From the NCBI GenBank assembly GCA_965202985.1, contig CBDBCF010000001.1, forward strand, positions 2,016,001 to 2,080,000: a stretch of DNA of 64,000 nt, read 5' to 3'. Both the position numbers and the translations under genes were made by a program. Below, piece by piece: positions 9,685 to 17,992 of the stretch. How positions within the stretch are numbered: position 1 is the stretch's first letter; the number at the start of each line of letters is the position of its first letter. The notes below the pieces were generated by a model. That model did not search any database. It worked only from the letters and a program-made list of their open reading frames with translations, and had not been told where the DNA came from. This stretch comes from Longimicrobiales bacterium (GTDB lineage: Bacteria; Gemmatimonadota; Gemmatimonadetes; Longimicrobiales; Gaopeijiaceae).

Positions 9685-10724
9685 CGGGAGCTCGTCAAGA
9701 AGCGGTAGCTGGACAGGGCCGACGCCAGGGGGTCGGCCGGCTGGTCGTGTTCGACGAAGTAGTGGCGCAGGCCGGCGCGGTCGGACAAGGCGAATATGGC
9801 CTCCCAATCTATGGCGCCCGCGCCCACGTCGGTCATGCGGCCGCTCGCGTCTCGGTCTTTGAGGTGGCAGAGCGGGAAGCGGCCGGGGTGGTCCCGCAGA
9901 AGGGCCAGCGAGTCGATGCCGCCCGCTTCCGACCAGTGAAAGTCGATCTCCAGGTCCACGAAGGCCGGGTCGAGGCGTTCCAGCAGCAGGTCGTAGCCGG
10001 TGGGGCCGTTCGGGTCCGCGCTCGGGCCGCCGATCGGCTCGAACTCGAAGGCGTGGTTGTGGTACGCGACGCGCACGCCGCTCCGACCGGCCGTCTCGCC
10101 CGCGGCGTTGAGGAACTCCGTCGCCGCGCGGTATCCGTCCGGGGTCCGCTGTTCGGGCGGAAGCCAGGGCAGCACCAGCCATCGGTGGCCCAGCGCGTCG
10201 GCGGCCTCCAGCGCCGCGTCCAGCCCGTCGCCCTGCAAGTCGTCCATCGCCACGTGGGCCGCCGGCGCTTCCAGTCCCGCTTCTTGCAGCCAGCCGGCCA
10301 AGGCGCCGGGGGCGTGGCCGAAATAGCCGGCGAACTCCACCTCCTGGTAGCCGATCTCGGCAAGGGCGTCCAAGGTCCGCGCCACGTCGTCCGCCATGAG
10401 CGACCGGACGGTGTAGAGTTGGATGCCGATCCGGTCGGGGCCGGCGCCGTGGGGAGGTCGCGGGTCGCCCGGAGATCCGGAGCGGTCCGGGCTGGCGGCC
10501 GAGGAGACGCCGAGTGCACGCGGCGGAGCGAGGCCCCCGCTGGCCAGGACGCCGGGAGTCGCGACGGAAGCGCTGGATGCACGCGAAAGAAGACCCGCTC
10601 CGGCCACGGTACCCGCCGCCGCCAGGAAGGTGCGTCGGTCGAGGCGCCGCCCGATCGAGGTCGCGGGATGCGGAGGCGCCGGGTCCGCGCCGTGCGCAGG
10701 GTTCATGTCGGGTGGAGTCTTCAT
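9681..10724 (-). CDS. Tat-exported sugar phosphate isomerase/epimerase (TIM barrel)
   Basis: DRRTFL twin-arginine signal, GIQLYTVR, YHNHAFEF, HLKD, FVEHD. Start uncertain (10724 or 10706). Confidence 0.88.
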   Translation of the reverse strand: MKTPPDMNPAHGADPAPPHPATSIGRRLDRRTFLAAAGTVAGAGLLSRASSASVATPGVLASGGLAPPRALGVSSAASPDRSGSPGDPRPPHGAGPDRIGIQLYTVRSLMADDVARTLDALAEIGYQEVEFAGYFGHAPGALAGWLQEAGLEAPAAHVAMDDLQGDGLDAALEAADALGHRWLVLPWLPPEQRTPDGYRAATEFLNAAGETAGRSGVRVAYHNHAFEFEPIGGPSADPNGPTGYDLLLERLDPAFVDLEIDFHWSEAGGIDSLALLRDHPGRFPLCHLKDRDASGRMTDVGAGAIDWEAIFALSDRAGLRHYFVEHDQPADPLASALSSYRFLTSSR

Positions 10725-10773
10725 GTCATGTGCCGGGGTGGTGGCGTGTTCGGGGCTCGTGTCGCGTGCGGCG

Positions 10774-10887
10774 GTCGTACCACGCACGAAGGCTTGTACC
10801 ATTTACGGAGTTTCGTACCACGAATCCAAGTTCATGCCATGAACAGATGTTTTCGCCATGAATCGATTCACGTACCATGCGGGCGCG
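10774..10887. repeat. degenerate tandem array, six units with a 19-bp period (consensus about TTCGTACCATGAA...)
   Basis: GTACCA at 10777, 10796, 10815 and 10872; ATGCCA at 10834 and TCGCCA at 10853. All are in exact 19-bp register. Confidence 0.75.
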
Positions 10888-10912
10888 CGTTGGCGGACGG
10901 GTCGCCCTGGCC

Positions 10913-11389
10913 TCAGCTCGCGCCGCAGGCGGTCAGCAGGTCGTTGGCGTCGGCGATGCCGGTCTCCGAAGGCGCCACGGCTCGTTCGCCCCGCTCGGGC
11001 TCGTCGTCGGCCAGCGCTCCGATCAAGCCGATGTCCTGATCCGCGACCTGCGACGCCACGACCCGCAGGTTGGTCTCGCCGGTGGAAGGGTCGGTGTACG
11101 CCGTCACGTTCAGCACGTCGTGGAAGGCCTGGCCGGTGAAGATCTCCCTCGCGAGGCCCGAGGTCTGTCTTCGGCCCCGTACGAACCCCACGTCGGCGTT
11201 GCCGTCCTCGATGGTGTAGCCCAAGACGTTGAGCTGGGCCACGGCGCACTCGTACGCGGTCTCCCTGCCGGACTGGGTGACGCCTACGTACGAGATCGGC
11301 GCCGTTGCGCACCCGGCCAGCAGCCCCAAGGCCGCCCAGCCGAACCGTCGCGCCCGTGGTCCGATTGCTGTTGCTGCTCCCGTGTTCAT
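10913..11389 (-). CDS. hypothetical lipoprotein
   Basis: LGLLAG-C lipobox; GGAG RBS; ATGA coupling to the upstream gene. Confidence 0.75.
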   Translation of the reverse strand: MNTGAATAIGPRARRFGWAALGLLAGCATAPISYVGVTQSGRETAYECAVAQLNVLGYTIEDGNADVGFVRGRRQTSGLAREIFTGQAFHDVLNVTAYTDPSTGETNLRVVASQVADQDIGLIGALADDEPERGERAVAPSETGIADANDLLTACGAS

Positions 11390-12420
11390 GTCGTCTCCTG
11401 GAGTTGGGTGTGCCGGAGCGAAAACCCGCCGGCCAGCGGGTCGCCCTCTTCCACGTAGAAGCGGGCTTCGCCGGTGTATCGGGCACGCCCGCCGACCTGC
11501 ACCGTAACGGCGTCGTGTGCGCCCACGGTCGCCGAACCGGCGATGCGCCCCGAGAAGATCGACCCCGTCAAGCTGCGAAAGCTCCGTTCCTGGCCCGAAG
11601 CGACCTGTCCCTTGGCGCTCTGCACTGCCATGCGGGCGGTAACTCCGCTGCCCGTGGGGCTTCGGTCCACCTGCTTGCGCGCGAACACGCAGACGTTGGT
11701 GCTGGGCTGGTCGCGGCCCAGGCCGCCGTCGGTCAAGATCGTGCCGTACAGGAAGCTAAGGTCGCGATGCTCGGGATGCGCGAACTCCAGCTGCGCTCCG
11801 GCGGCGCGGGTCACGGCCCAGGCCGCGTCGGCCAACTCGCCGGGCGACGACGCGGCGAGCTCCAGCCCCAGCCGCGAGGCCGGCAGGATCGCATAGAACG
11901 CGCCGCCGTACCCGATGTCCAGCGCGACGGGGCCGGAGCGCTCGACGTGCACGACGGCGTCCAGGATCGGCGCAAAGGCGCCCACGCTTTCGAAGCGCAC
12001 TTGTCCCGCGCGTCCGTCGCGCACTTCTACCCAGGCGGTCACCAGGCCGCACGGGCACTGGATGCGAACCGTCGTCTCGGGTTCCCGGGGTTCGACGAGG
12101 CCCTGGTCCACCGCCCAGCGGGCCACGGCCATGGTTGCGTGTCCGCACATGGTGGAATAGCCCTCGTTGTGGCAGAACAACACGGCCAAGTCGGCCTCCG
12201 GGTGGTCCGGCGCCACGGGGATCGCGCCGTACATGTCGTCGTGTCCCCTGGGTTCCAGCATGAGAAAGCGGCGAAGGTGGTCCAGGTGCTCCCGGGCGTG
12301 GCGCCGCTTGTCCAAGATCGTCGCGCCGGGGATGTCGGGATAGCCGTCCACGACGATCCGCACCGGCTCGCCGCCGGTGTGCATTTCGCAGGTGCGAACC
12401 TCGGCAGGAAAGGAAGGCAT
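11386..12420 (-). CDS. proline racemase family protein, Cys/Thr type (trans-3-hydroxy-L-proline dehydratase-like)
   Basis: MHTGGEPVR, EPRGH, YSTMCGH, DRSPTGSG. Confidence 0.9.
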   Translation of the reverse strand: MPSFPAEVRTCEMHTGGEPVRIVVDGYPDIPGATILDKRRHAREHLDHLRRFLMLEPRGHDDMYGAIPVAPDHPEADLAVLFCHNEGYSTMCGHATMAVARWAVDQGLVEPREPETTVRIQCPCGLVTAWVEVRDGRAGQVRFESVGAFAPILDAVVHVERSGPVALDIGYGGAFYAILPASRLGLELAASSPGELADAAWAVTRAAGAQLEFAHPEHRDLSFLYGTILTDGGLGRDQPSTNVCVFARKQVDRSPTGSGVTARMAVQSAKGQVASGQERSFRSLTGSIFSGRIAGSATVGAHDAVTVQVGGRARYTGEARFYVEEGDPLAGGFSLRHTQLQETT

Positions 12421-12438
12421 GACGGCTCGAAGGTCGCG

Positions 12439-13827
12439 TCAGGCGGCGGCCGGCGGCAAGTCGCCAAACCGGATCCGCCGACCCGCGAAAACGGCTCCGT
12501 AGGCCGCGGCGCCGGCTGCGACCCCCCACGCCGTGGGCGCGCTCCATCCAGCGGCCTGGGCGGCCAGCAGTCCGGCAACGCCCGCCCCGACGGCGGACAG
12601 CGCTTCCGCGGGGCCGGGGCGCTCGGAAAAGAGGCCTGCAACCAGGGGCACGAACAGGCTTGCCACCAGGAGGGAGTAGAAGATCGTCAGGGCCGCTTGC
12701 ACGCCCGGCAGGACGACGGCCAGCGCCACGCCCGCGCCCCCGCCCGCCGTTGCCGCCCACCGCGCCGCCCGAAGCACCTGCGCGTCGGTCGCGGCCGGGT
12801 TGGCGAAGCGCTTGTACAGATCGCGGGACAGGGACGTGGACAGCATGAAGAGGATGGCGTCGGCGGAGCTGATCTCGGCGGACAGGACCGCGGCCAGTCC
12901 CAGCAGGCCGACCCACGCCGGCACTCCTTGGGTCAGGACCACGGGCAGAGCCGTCTCTGGGTTGTCCAGCCCGGGGACCATGGTCCGGGCCGCCATGCCC
13001 AGCGCCACGGGCAGGCAGGCGAAGAGCATCAGCGCTATGCCGCAGGCCGCCAGCCCCAGGCGAAGCGCGCGCTCGTCGCGGGCGCCGAAGCTCTTCTGGA
13101 GGATGCCCGGCGACACCACGAACGCCGGCGCGAGCAGCAGCAGATAGGTCCAGCCGGAGCCGCCGTGGCTCGCGAACTCGCGCAAGCCGCCCGCGCCGTT
13201 GAAGACAGCGGACGGGCCGCCCCCCGAACCCACGGCAAGCGGCGCCGCGATCAGGAACCCGGCCGCCAGCACGACCAGCTGCACAAGGTTGACCCACGCC
13301 GAACTCAACAGGCCTCCGGCGGCGAAGTACGCGGTCATCACCACGCCGCCGGCCACCGCGCCCAGCCAGCGCGGAGTGCCCGCCACCACTTCCAGTATCC
13401 ACGCCATGGCGATGAGCTGGCCCGCCAAGATCGCCAGCGTGCCCAACCAGAGCAGCACCGCCGCCGCCGCCCGCACGGAAGGGCCGTAACGGTGCTCCAG
13501 GTAGTCGCCGGCGGTCAGCAGGGAGTGCGCCTTGGCCACCCGCCAGAGCCGAGGGCCGATCCAGAGGGCGAGCGCCAGCGTGCCCAGTCCCGCCGAGCCG
13601 ACCCACCACCAAGCGGCGATCCCGTCGCGGTAGCCCAAGCCTGCGGCCAGCACGGTGGAGCCCGCGCCGATGTTGGCCGCGAGCAGCGTGGCGAAGAGCA
13701 GGCCGGGTCCCAAGGCCCGACCCGCAACGAAGAAGTCGGCGGTTCCGGCCACGCGACGGCCCGCGGCCAAGCCGACCGCGATGATCAGGGCCACGTAGAG
13801 CAGCAGCCCTGCGAGCGTGGCGTTCAA
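12439..13827 (-). CDS. sodium:solute symporter family protein
   Basis: DFFVAGRALG, ATLLAANIG, SAEISSADA; multiple TM helices. Confidence 0.92.
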   Translation of the reverse strand: MNATLAGLLLYVALIIAVGLAAGRRVAGTADFFVAGRALGPGLLFATLLAANIGAGSTVLAAGLGYRDGIAAWWWVGSAGLGTLALALWIGPRLWRVAKAHSLLTAGDYLEHRYGPSVRAAAAVLLWLGTLAILAGQLIAMAWILEVVAGTPRWLGAVAGGVVMTAYFAAGGLLSSAWVNLVQLVVLAAGFLIAAPLAVGSGGGPSAVFNGAGGLREFASHGGSGWTYLLLLAPAFVVSPGILQKSFGARDERALRLGLAACGIALMLFACLPVALGMAARTMVPGLDNPETALPVVLTQGVPAWVGLLGLAAVLSAEISSADAILFMLSTSLSRDLYKRFANPAATDAQVLRAARWAATAGGGAGVALAVVLPGVQAALTIFYSLLVASLFVPLVAGLFSERPGPAEALSAVGAGVAGLLAAQAAGWSAPTAWGVAAGAAAYGAVFAGRRIRFGDLPPAAA

Positions 13828-14936
13828 CGTCGGGGCGGGTAGCGCAAGTCGGCGGCGGCGGGCAGGCCGGGCAGCCCCCGGGCGGCCCGCACCGCCCGCA
13901 ACACGGCCTGGGCCACCATGTCGGCGGCCAGGGCGCCCACTTGGCCGGTGTCGAAGCCGCTGGTCAGCCGGCCCGTGGCGAGCGCGAAGACGGCGTCGCC
14001 GTCACCGGGCGTGTGGCTGGGATAGATCGTCCGCGCAAGCCCGTCCTGCGCCATCTGGGCGACCTTGGTCGCCTGCGACTTGGTCAGCGCCGCGTTCGTG
14101 GCCACCACGCCGATCGTCGTATTCCGGAGCGACGTCTCTTGCGGCGGCGTCGGTAGCTCCGGCGTTGCGCCGCGCACCAGTCGCCGGGCGTCGGCAAGGC
14201 CCCCGCGGCCGTCCCGCGCCCCAGCCACGACCTGCCCCGTCCCCGGATCGATCACGTCGCCCACTGCATTGACCACCACCACGGCCCCCACCACCAAGCC
14301 GCTCTCCAAGCGCGCGGAAGCAGTCCCCACGCCGCCCTTCATGGCGCGCTCCATGCCCAGCAGCTTGCCCACGGTCGCGCCCGCGCCCGCGCCCTCGTTG
14401 CCCTCCGCAAGCGGCCGCTTGGACGCCCGCGACGCCGCCCGGTAGCCGCACTCGGGACCGGGCCGGACGCCGGCGGACACGCGCAAGTCGAACACCACGG
14501 CGCCGGCCACGATCGGCACCACCAGCGTCGGCTCGATCCGGTATCCGCGCCCGCGTTCCTCCAGGTAGCGCACCACTCCCTGACGAGCCGCCAACCCGAA
14601 GGCGCTGCCTCCCGCAAGCACGACTGCGTTGACCGCCTGGACCGTGTTCACCGGGTCCAGCAGGTCGGTCTCCACGGTGCCGGGCGCGCCCCCGCGAACG
14701 TCCACGCCCCCGACCGCCCCCGCGCCGTCTTCCGCCAACACCACCGTGCAGCCGGTCGGCGCGTCCGGGTAGGAGAAGTGGCCGGCCGCGATGCCGGGGA
14801 CCGCGGTCACGCCCTGGGCGTCGATTGACGCCGGGGCGGCGTGGTCGGCCTGGGATGGGGCGAGCCCCGGAGTCGTCGCGACGGACGCGGGCGCCGAAAT
14901 GGTTGCGGCGAGCATGGGAACGGCGGCGCGGAGCAT
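13824..14936 (-). CDS. P1/S58 family (DmpA-like) aminopeptidase
   Basis: TGCTV, DVRGGAPGT, GGSAFGL, GAGAGATVGK, NTTIGVVATNA, HTPGDGD. Confidence 0.92.
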   Translation of the reverse strand: MLRAAVPMLAATISAPASVATTPGLAPSQADHAAPASIDAQGVTAVPGIAAGHFSYPDAPTGCTVVLAEDGAGAVGGVDVRGGAPGTVETDLLDPVNTVQAVNAVVLAGGSAFGLAARQGVVRYLEERGRGYRIEPTLVVPIVAGAVVFDLRVSAGVRPGPECGYRAASRASKRPLAEGNEGAGAGATVGKLLGMERAMKGGVGTASARLESGLVVGAVVVVNAVGDVIDPGTGQVVAGARDGRGGLADARRLVRGATPELPTPPQETSLRNTTIGVVATNAALTKSQATKVAQMAQDGLARTIYPSHTPGDGDAVFALATGRLTSGFDTGQVGALAADMVAQAVLRAVRAARGLPGLPAAADLRYPPRR

Positions 14937-15083
14937 GGCCGGAAGATAATGAACGTCCTAAAAACACGACGCCGAACATCCGGAATCGGTCACGCCGACG
15001 CCGGCGGTTGGGGCCGCGAAGAAACCCTGCGAACGGCTCGTAGACCCTTTGCGGGCAACGAATCCGAAGCGAGCGTGCAACTT

Positions 15084-15099
15084 TGGCACGTTTATTGCT
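15084..15099 (+). promoter_or_regulatory. sigma54 (RpoN) -24/-12 promoter
   Basis: TGGCACG-TTTA-TTGCT matches the TGGCACG-N4-TTGCW consensus; intergenic, about 60 nt upstream of ATG 15161. Confidence 0.75.
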
Positions 15100-15160
15100 G
15101 TCTAATATGGGACAGCGACCATTCCCCCGTGAACGGATCAAGAACGAGGAGGAACCGGAG

Positions 15161-15460
15161 ATGGTACGAAAGAAGCAGCGCTCCAAGGAGAAGGTCACGG
15201 CGCTGGGGCTGCTCCTGTCGGCCACGCTGATTGCGGCGGCGGGCGGGGCGATCGCCCTTGTCGACACGAGTTCGGGATCGCCGGCGGGCGAGGCTTCGTC
15301 GGCGGAGGTCGGCGAGGCGCGCGACGACGCGACGTCGGCGGTCGGCGCTTCCGAGACGGCCGAGTCCGATGCCGAGGCGCGCGACGCGACGGCGCCGGAG
15401 GCCAAGACGCGGACGCCCCAGCGGGCGAAGACGCCGAAGGCGGGCAACCGGAGGCTGTAA
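15161..15460 (+). CDS. small hypothetical protein with one N-terminal TM/signal segment
   Basis: GAGGAGG/GGAG RBS before ATG 15161; basic N-terminus, hydrophobic helix, low-complexity tail. Confidence 0.6.
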   Translation: MVRKKQRSKEKVTALGLLLSATLIAAAGGAIALVDTSSGSPAGEASSAEVGEARDDATSAVGASETAESDAEARDATAPEAKTRTPQRAKTPKAGNRRL

Positions 15461-15517
15461 GTCGCACTTCGTCGCCTAAAGCCGTTCCGGGCCCAGCTCG
15501 CCTTCACGATCACGCTG

Positions 15518-16285
15518 GTGGTTTTGGAGGCGGTGGGCTGGATCCTCTTCCCGCTGGTCATCGGCCGCGCCATCGACAGCGTGATCGCGGGTTCCCGGAG
15601 GGGCCTCTACGAGCTTGCGTTTCTGGGCGTGGCCACCATGGGCGTGGACATCGCCCGTCGCGTGTACGACTCCCGAGCATACGCCCGCATCTACGTGCGC
15701 CTGAGCCAGGAGCTGGTGGCGCGCCAAGCCGAAACCAGCACGTCGGCCAAGACCGCGCGCCTGGGGATGCTCAAGGAGGTCGTGGAGTTCTTCGAGAACT
15801 CGCTGCCGTCGCTGGTGAGCGCGGTGCTGGGCCTGGTGGGCACGGTGGCGATTCTGGCGGCTCTGAACCTGCCCGTGTTCGCCGGTTGCGCGGCCGTCAT
15901 GGGGGCGACCGCCGCCGTATACGCCTTCACGGGAAGGTTGACGATCCGCTTCAACCAAGCCTACAACGACGAGTACGAACGCCGCGTCGAGGCCGTGGAG
16001 AGCGGCAACCCCAGCCTGGTCGGCCGCCACGTCCGCCGGATGATGCGGTGGAACATCAAGCTGTCGGACCTGGAGGCCGCCAACTTCGGCGTCGTCTGGG
16101 TCTTGATGATGGCGCTGCTGGTCTTCGCCGTGAGCGCCTCGGTGACCGATCAAGTGCAGTACGGCGAAGTCTTTGCCGTGGTCATGTACGTCTTCCAGTT
16201 CATGGAGGCCGTGACGCTGCTGCCCCTGCACTACCAGCAGTGGCTGCGCCTCCGCGAAATCACCGGACGGCTGGAGACCGCCTGA
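15518..16285 (+). CDS. ABC transporter six-transmembrane domain-only protein (ABC_membrane_3-like)
   Basis: FPLVIGRAID, RRVYDSRAY, EFFENSLP, IKLSDLEA. The frame is open back to 15461, so the true start is probably earlier. Confidence 0.75.
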   Translation: MVLEAVGWILFPLVIGRAIDSVIAGSRRGLYELAFLGVATMGVDIARRVYDSRAYARIYVRLSQELVARQAETSTSAKTARLGMLKEVVEFFENSLPSLVSAVLGLVGTVAILAALNLPVFAGCAAVMGATAAVYAFTGRLTIRFNQAYNDEYERRVEAVESGNPSLVGRHVRRMMRWNIKLSDLEAANFGVVWVLMMALLVFAVSASVTDQVQYGEVFAVVMYVFQFMEAVTLLPLHYQQWLRLREITGRLETA

Positions 16286-16389
16286 ACCCGAACCGCCGGC
16301 GCTCGGGACGACGCTTGCGGGACCTGCGAGTTCGCACCAAAGGACTCGGGCGAATTGCCGGTTCCCGTCGCCTGCGCCAAGTTCGTCCA

Positions 16390-17967
16390 ATGCGCTTCTT
16401 CAACACGACCGGTCCCGTCGTGGCGGCCGACCACTACCGGATCGCCCCTCTCGACCGCTTTGATCTAGCCGAAGTTCGGCGGCTGCTCGCGGAGAAGCGC
16501 TACTTCGTCCTTCACGCGCCCCGTCAAACCGGCAAGACTTCCGCGTTGCTGGCCCTTCGCGATCTGCTCAACGCCGAGGACGACTATCGTTGCGTCTACG
16601 TCAACGTCGAGGCTGCGCAAGCGGCTCGGGAAGACGCGGAGCAAGCGGTGCGCACCGTGCTTGGCGGACTGTCCTACCGAGCGCGACAGACGTTGGGCGA
16701 CGACCACTTGCAGTCGGTATGGCCCGGCATCCTGGCGACCCACGGCGCCCACGGCGCATTGTTCGAGGCGCTGGCAAGCTGGACGCAGGCCGATCCCAAA
16801 CCCCTGGTTCTGCTTATCGACGAGATCGACGCCTTGGTGGGCGACTCGCTGCTGTCGGTGTTGCGGCAGCTGAGGGCGGGCTACGACCTGCGGCCGGCCG
16901 GTTTTCCGCAGAGCGTGGTCTTGTGCGGAGTGCGCGACATACGCGACTACCGCATCCGCTCCGGATCGGCGGAGACGATGGTGGCCGGCGGCAGCGCCTT
17001 CAACATCAAGGCCGAGTCGCTGCGCTTGGGCGACTTCTCGCGAGACGAGGTCGTCGCCCTGTTGGGTCAGCACACCGAGGCCACCGGCCAGGCGTTCGCC
17101 GCCGACGCGCTGGAGGTCGTCTGGGCGCGTACGCGCGGTCAGCCGTGGCTGGTCAACGCACTGGCGTATCAGACGTGCTTCCGCGGAGCGTTGGCGGCGG
17201 ACCGGTCGCGGCCGGTCGCCAAGGACGACGTCGTCGAGGCGCAGGAAGCGCTGATTCGAAGGCGCGAGACGCACCTGGACCAGTTGGCGGACAAGTTGCA
17301 GGAGGCTCGTGTCCGGCGAGTGGTGGAGCCGTTGCTGGCGGGCGCCGACCAGACGCGGTCGTCGGCGCGGGACTTGGAGTATGCGCGCGACTTGGGGTTG
17401 GTGGCGCGCGACCCGCCGCTCCGACTGGCGAATCCGATCTACGCTGAAGTGGTGCCCCGAGAGTTGACGTGGCTGACCCAGGAGGAGATGTCGCAAGATC
17501 CGGCGTGGTACGCGAGCCCGTTTGGCGGTCTCGACATCGACAAGTTGCTGGCGGCGTTCCAAGACTTTTTTCGGGAGCACTCGGAGCACTGGGTGGAACG
17601 GTTCCAGTACAAGGAGGCCGGTCCGCAACTGCTGCTGCAAGCGTTTCTGCAACGAATTGTGAACAGCGGAGGACGGATCGAGCGGGAGTACGGTTTGGGG
17701 CGAGGACGCACGGACCTGCTGGTAGCGTGGCCGGGGGGCGGGCGGACGTGGAAGTACGTCGTCGAGTGCAAGGTGCTGCGCAAGAGCATGGAGCAAACCG
17801 TGGCGGCAGGAGTGGCGCAGACGGCGGCGTACATGGACCGTTGCGGCGCAGAATCGGGGCACTTGGTCGTCTTCGACCGACGGGAGGGCCGCAGCTGGAG
17901 CGACAAGGTCTTCCATGAGCGTCGCCGGGCCGACGACGGCACCGACGTGGACGTCTGGGGCATGTGA
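16390..17967 (+). CDS. AAA-like ATPase with C-terminal PD-(D/E)XK-type domain
   Basis: MRFFNTTGPV, HAPRQTGKT Walker A, LLIDEID Walker B, REYGLGRGRTDL...VVECK. Confidence 0.9.
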   Translation: MRFFNTTGPVVAADHYRIAPLDRFDLAEVRRLLAEKRYFVLHAPRQTGKTSALLALRDLLNAEDDYRCVYVNVEAAQAAREDAEQAVRTVLGGLSYRARQTLGDDHLQSVWPGILATHGAHGALFEALASWTQADPKPLVLLIDEIDALVGDSLLSVLRQLRAGYDLRPAGFPQSVVLCGVRDIRDYRIRSGSAETMVAGGSAFNIKAESLRLGDFSRDEVVALLGQHTEATGQAFAADALEVVWARTRGQPWLVNALAYQTCFRGALAADRSRPVAKDDVVEAQEALIRRRETHLDQLADKLQEARVRRVVEPLLAGADQTRSSARDLEYARDLGLVARDPPLRLANPIYAEVVPRELTWLTQEEMSQDPAWYASPFGGLDIDKLLAAFQDFFREHSEHWVERFQYKEAGPQLLLQAFLQRIVNSGGRIEREYGLGRGRTDLLVAWPGGGRTWKYVVECKVLRKSMEQTVAAGVAQTAAYMDRCGAESGHLVVFDRREGRSWSDKVFHERRRADDGTDVDVWGM

Positions 17968-17992
17968 CAAGGCACGGCGCCGCCCATGGCGA

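Noticed and set aside
10774..10887. Possible CRISPR array
   Set aside because: The units are contiguous, degenerate 19-mers without unique spacers, and there are no cas genes.
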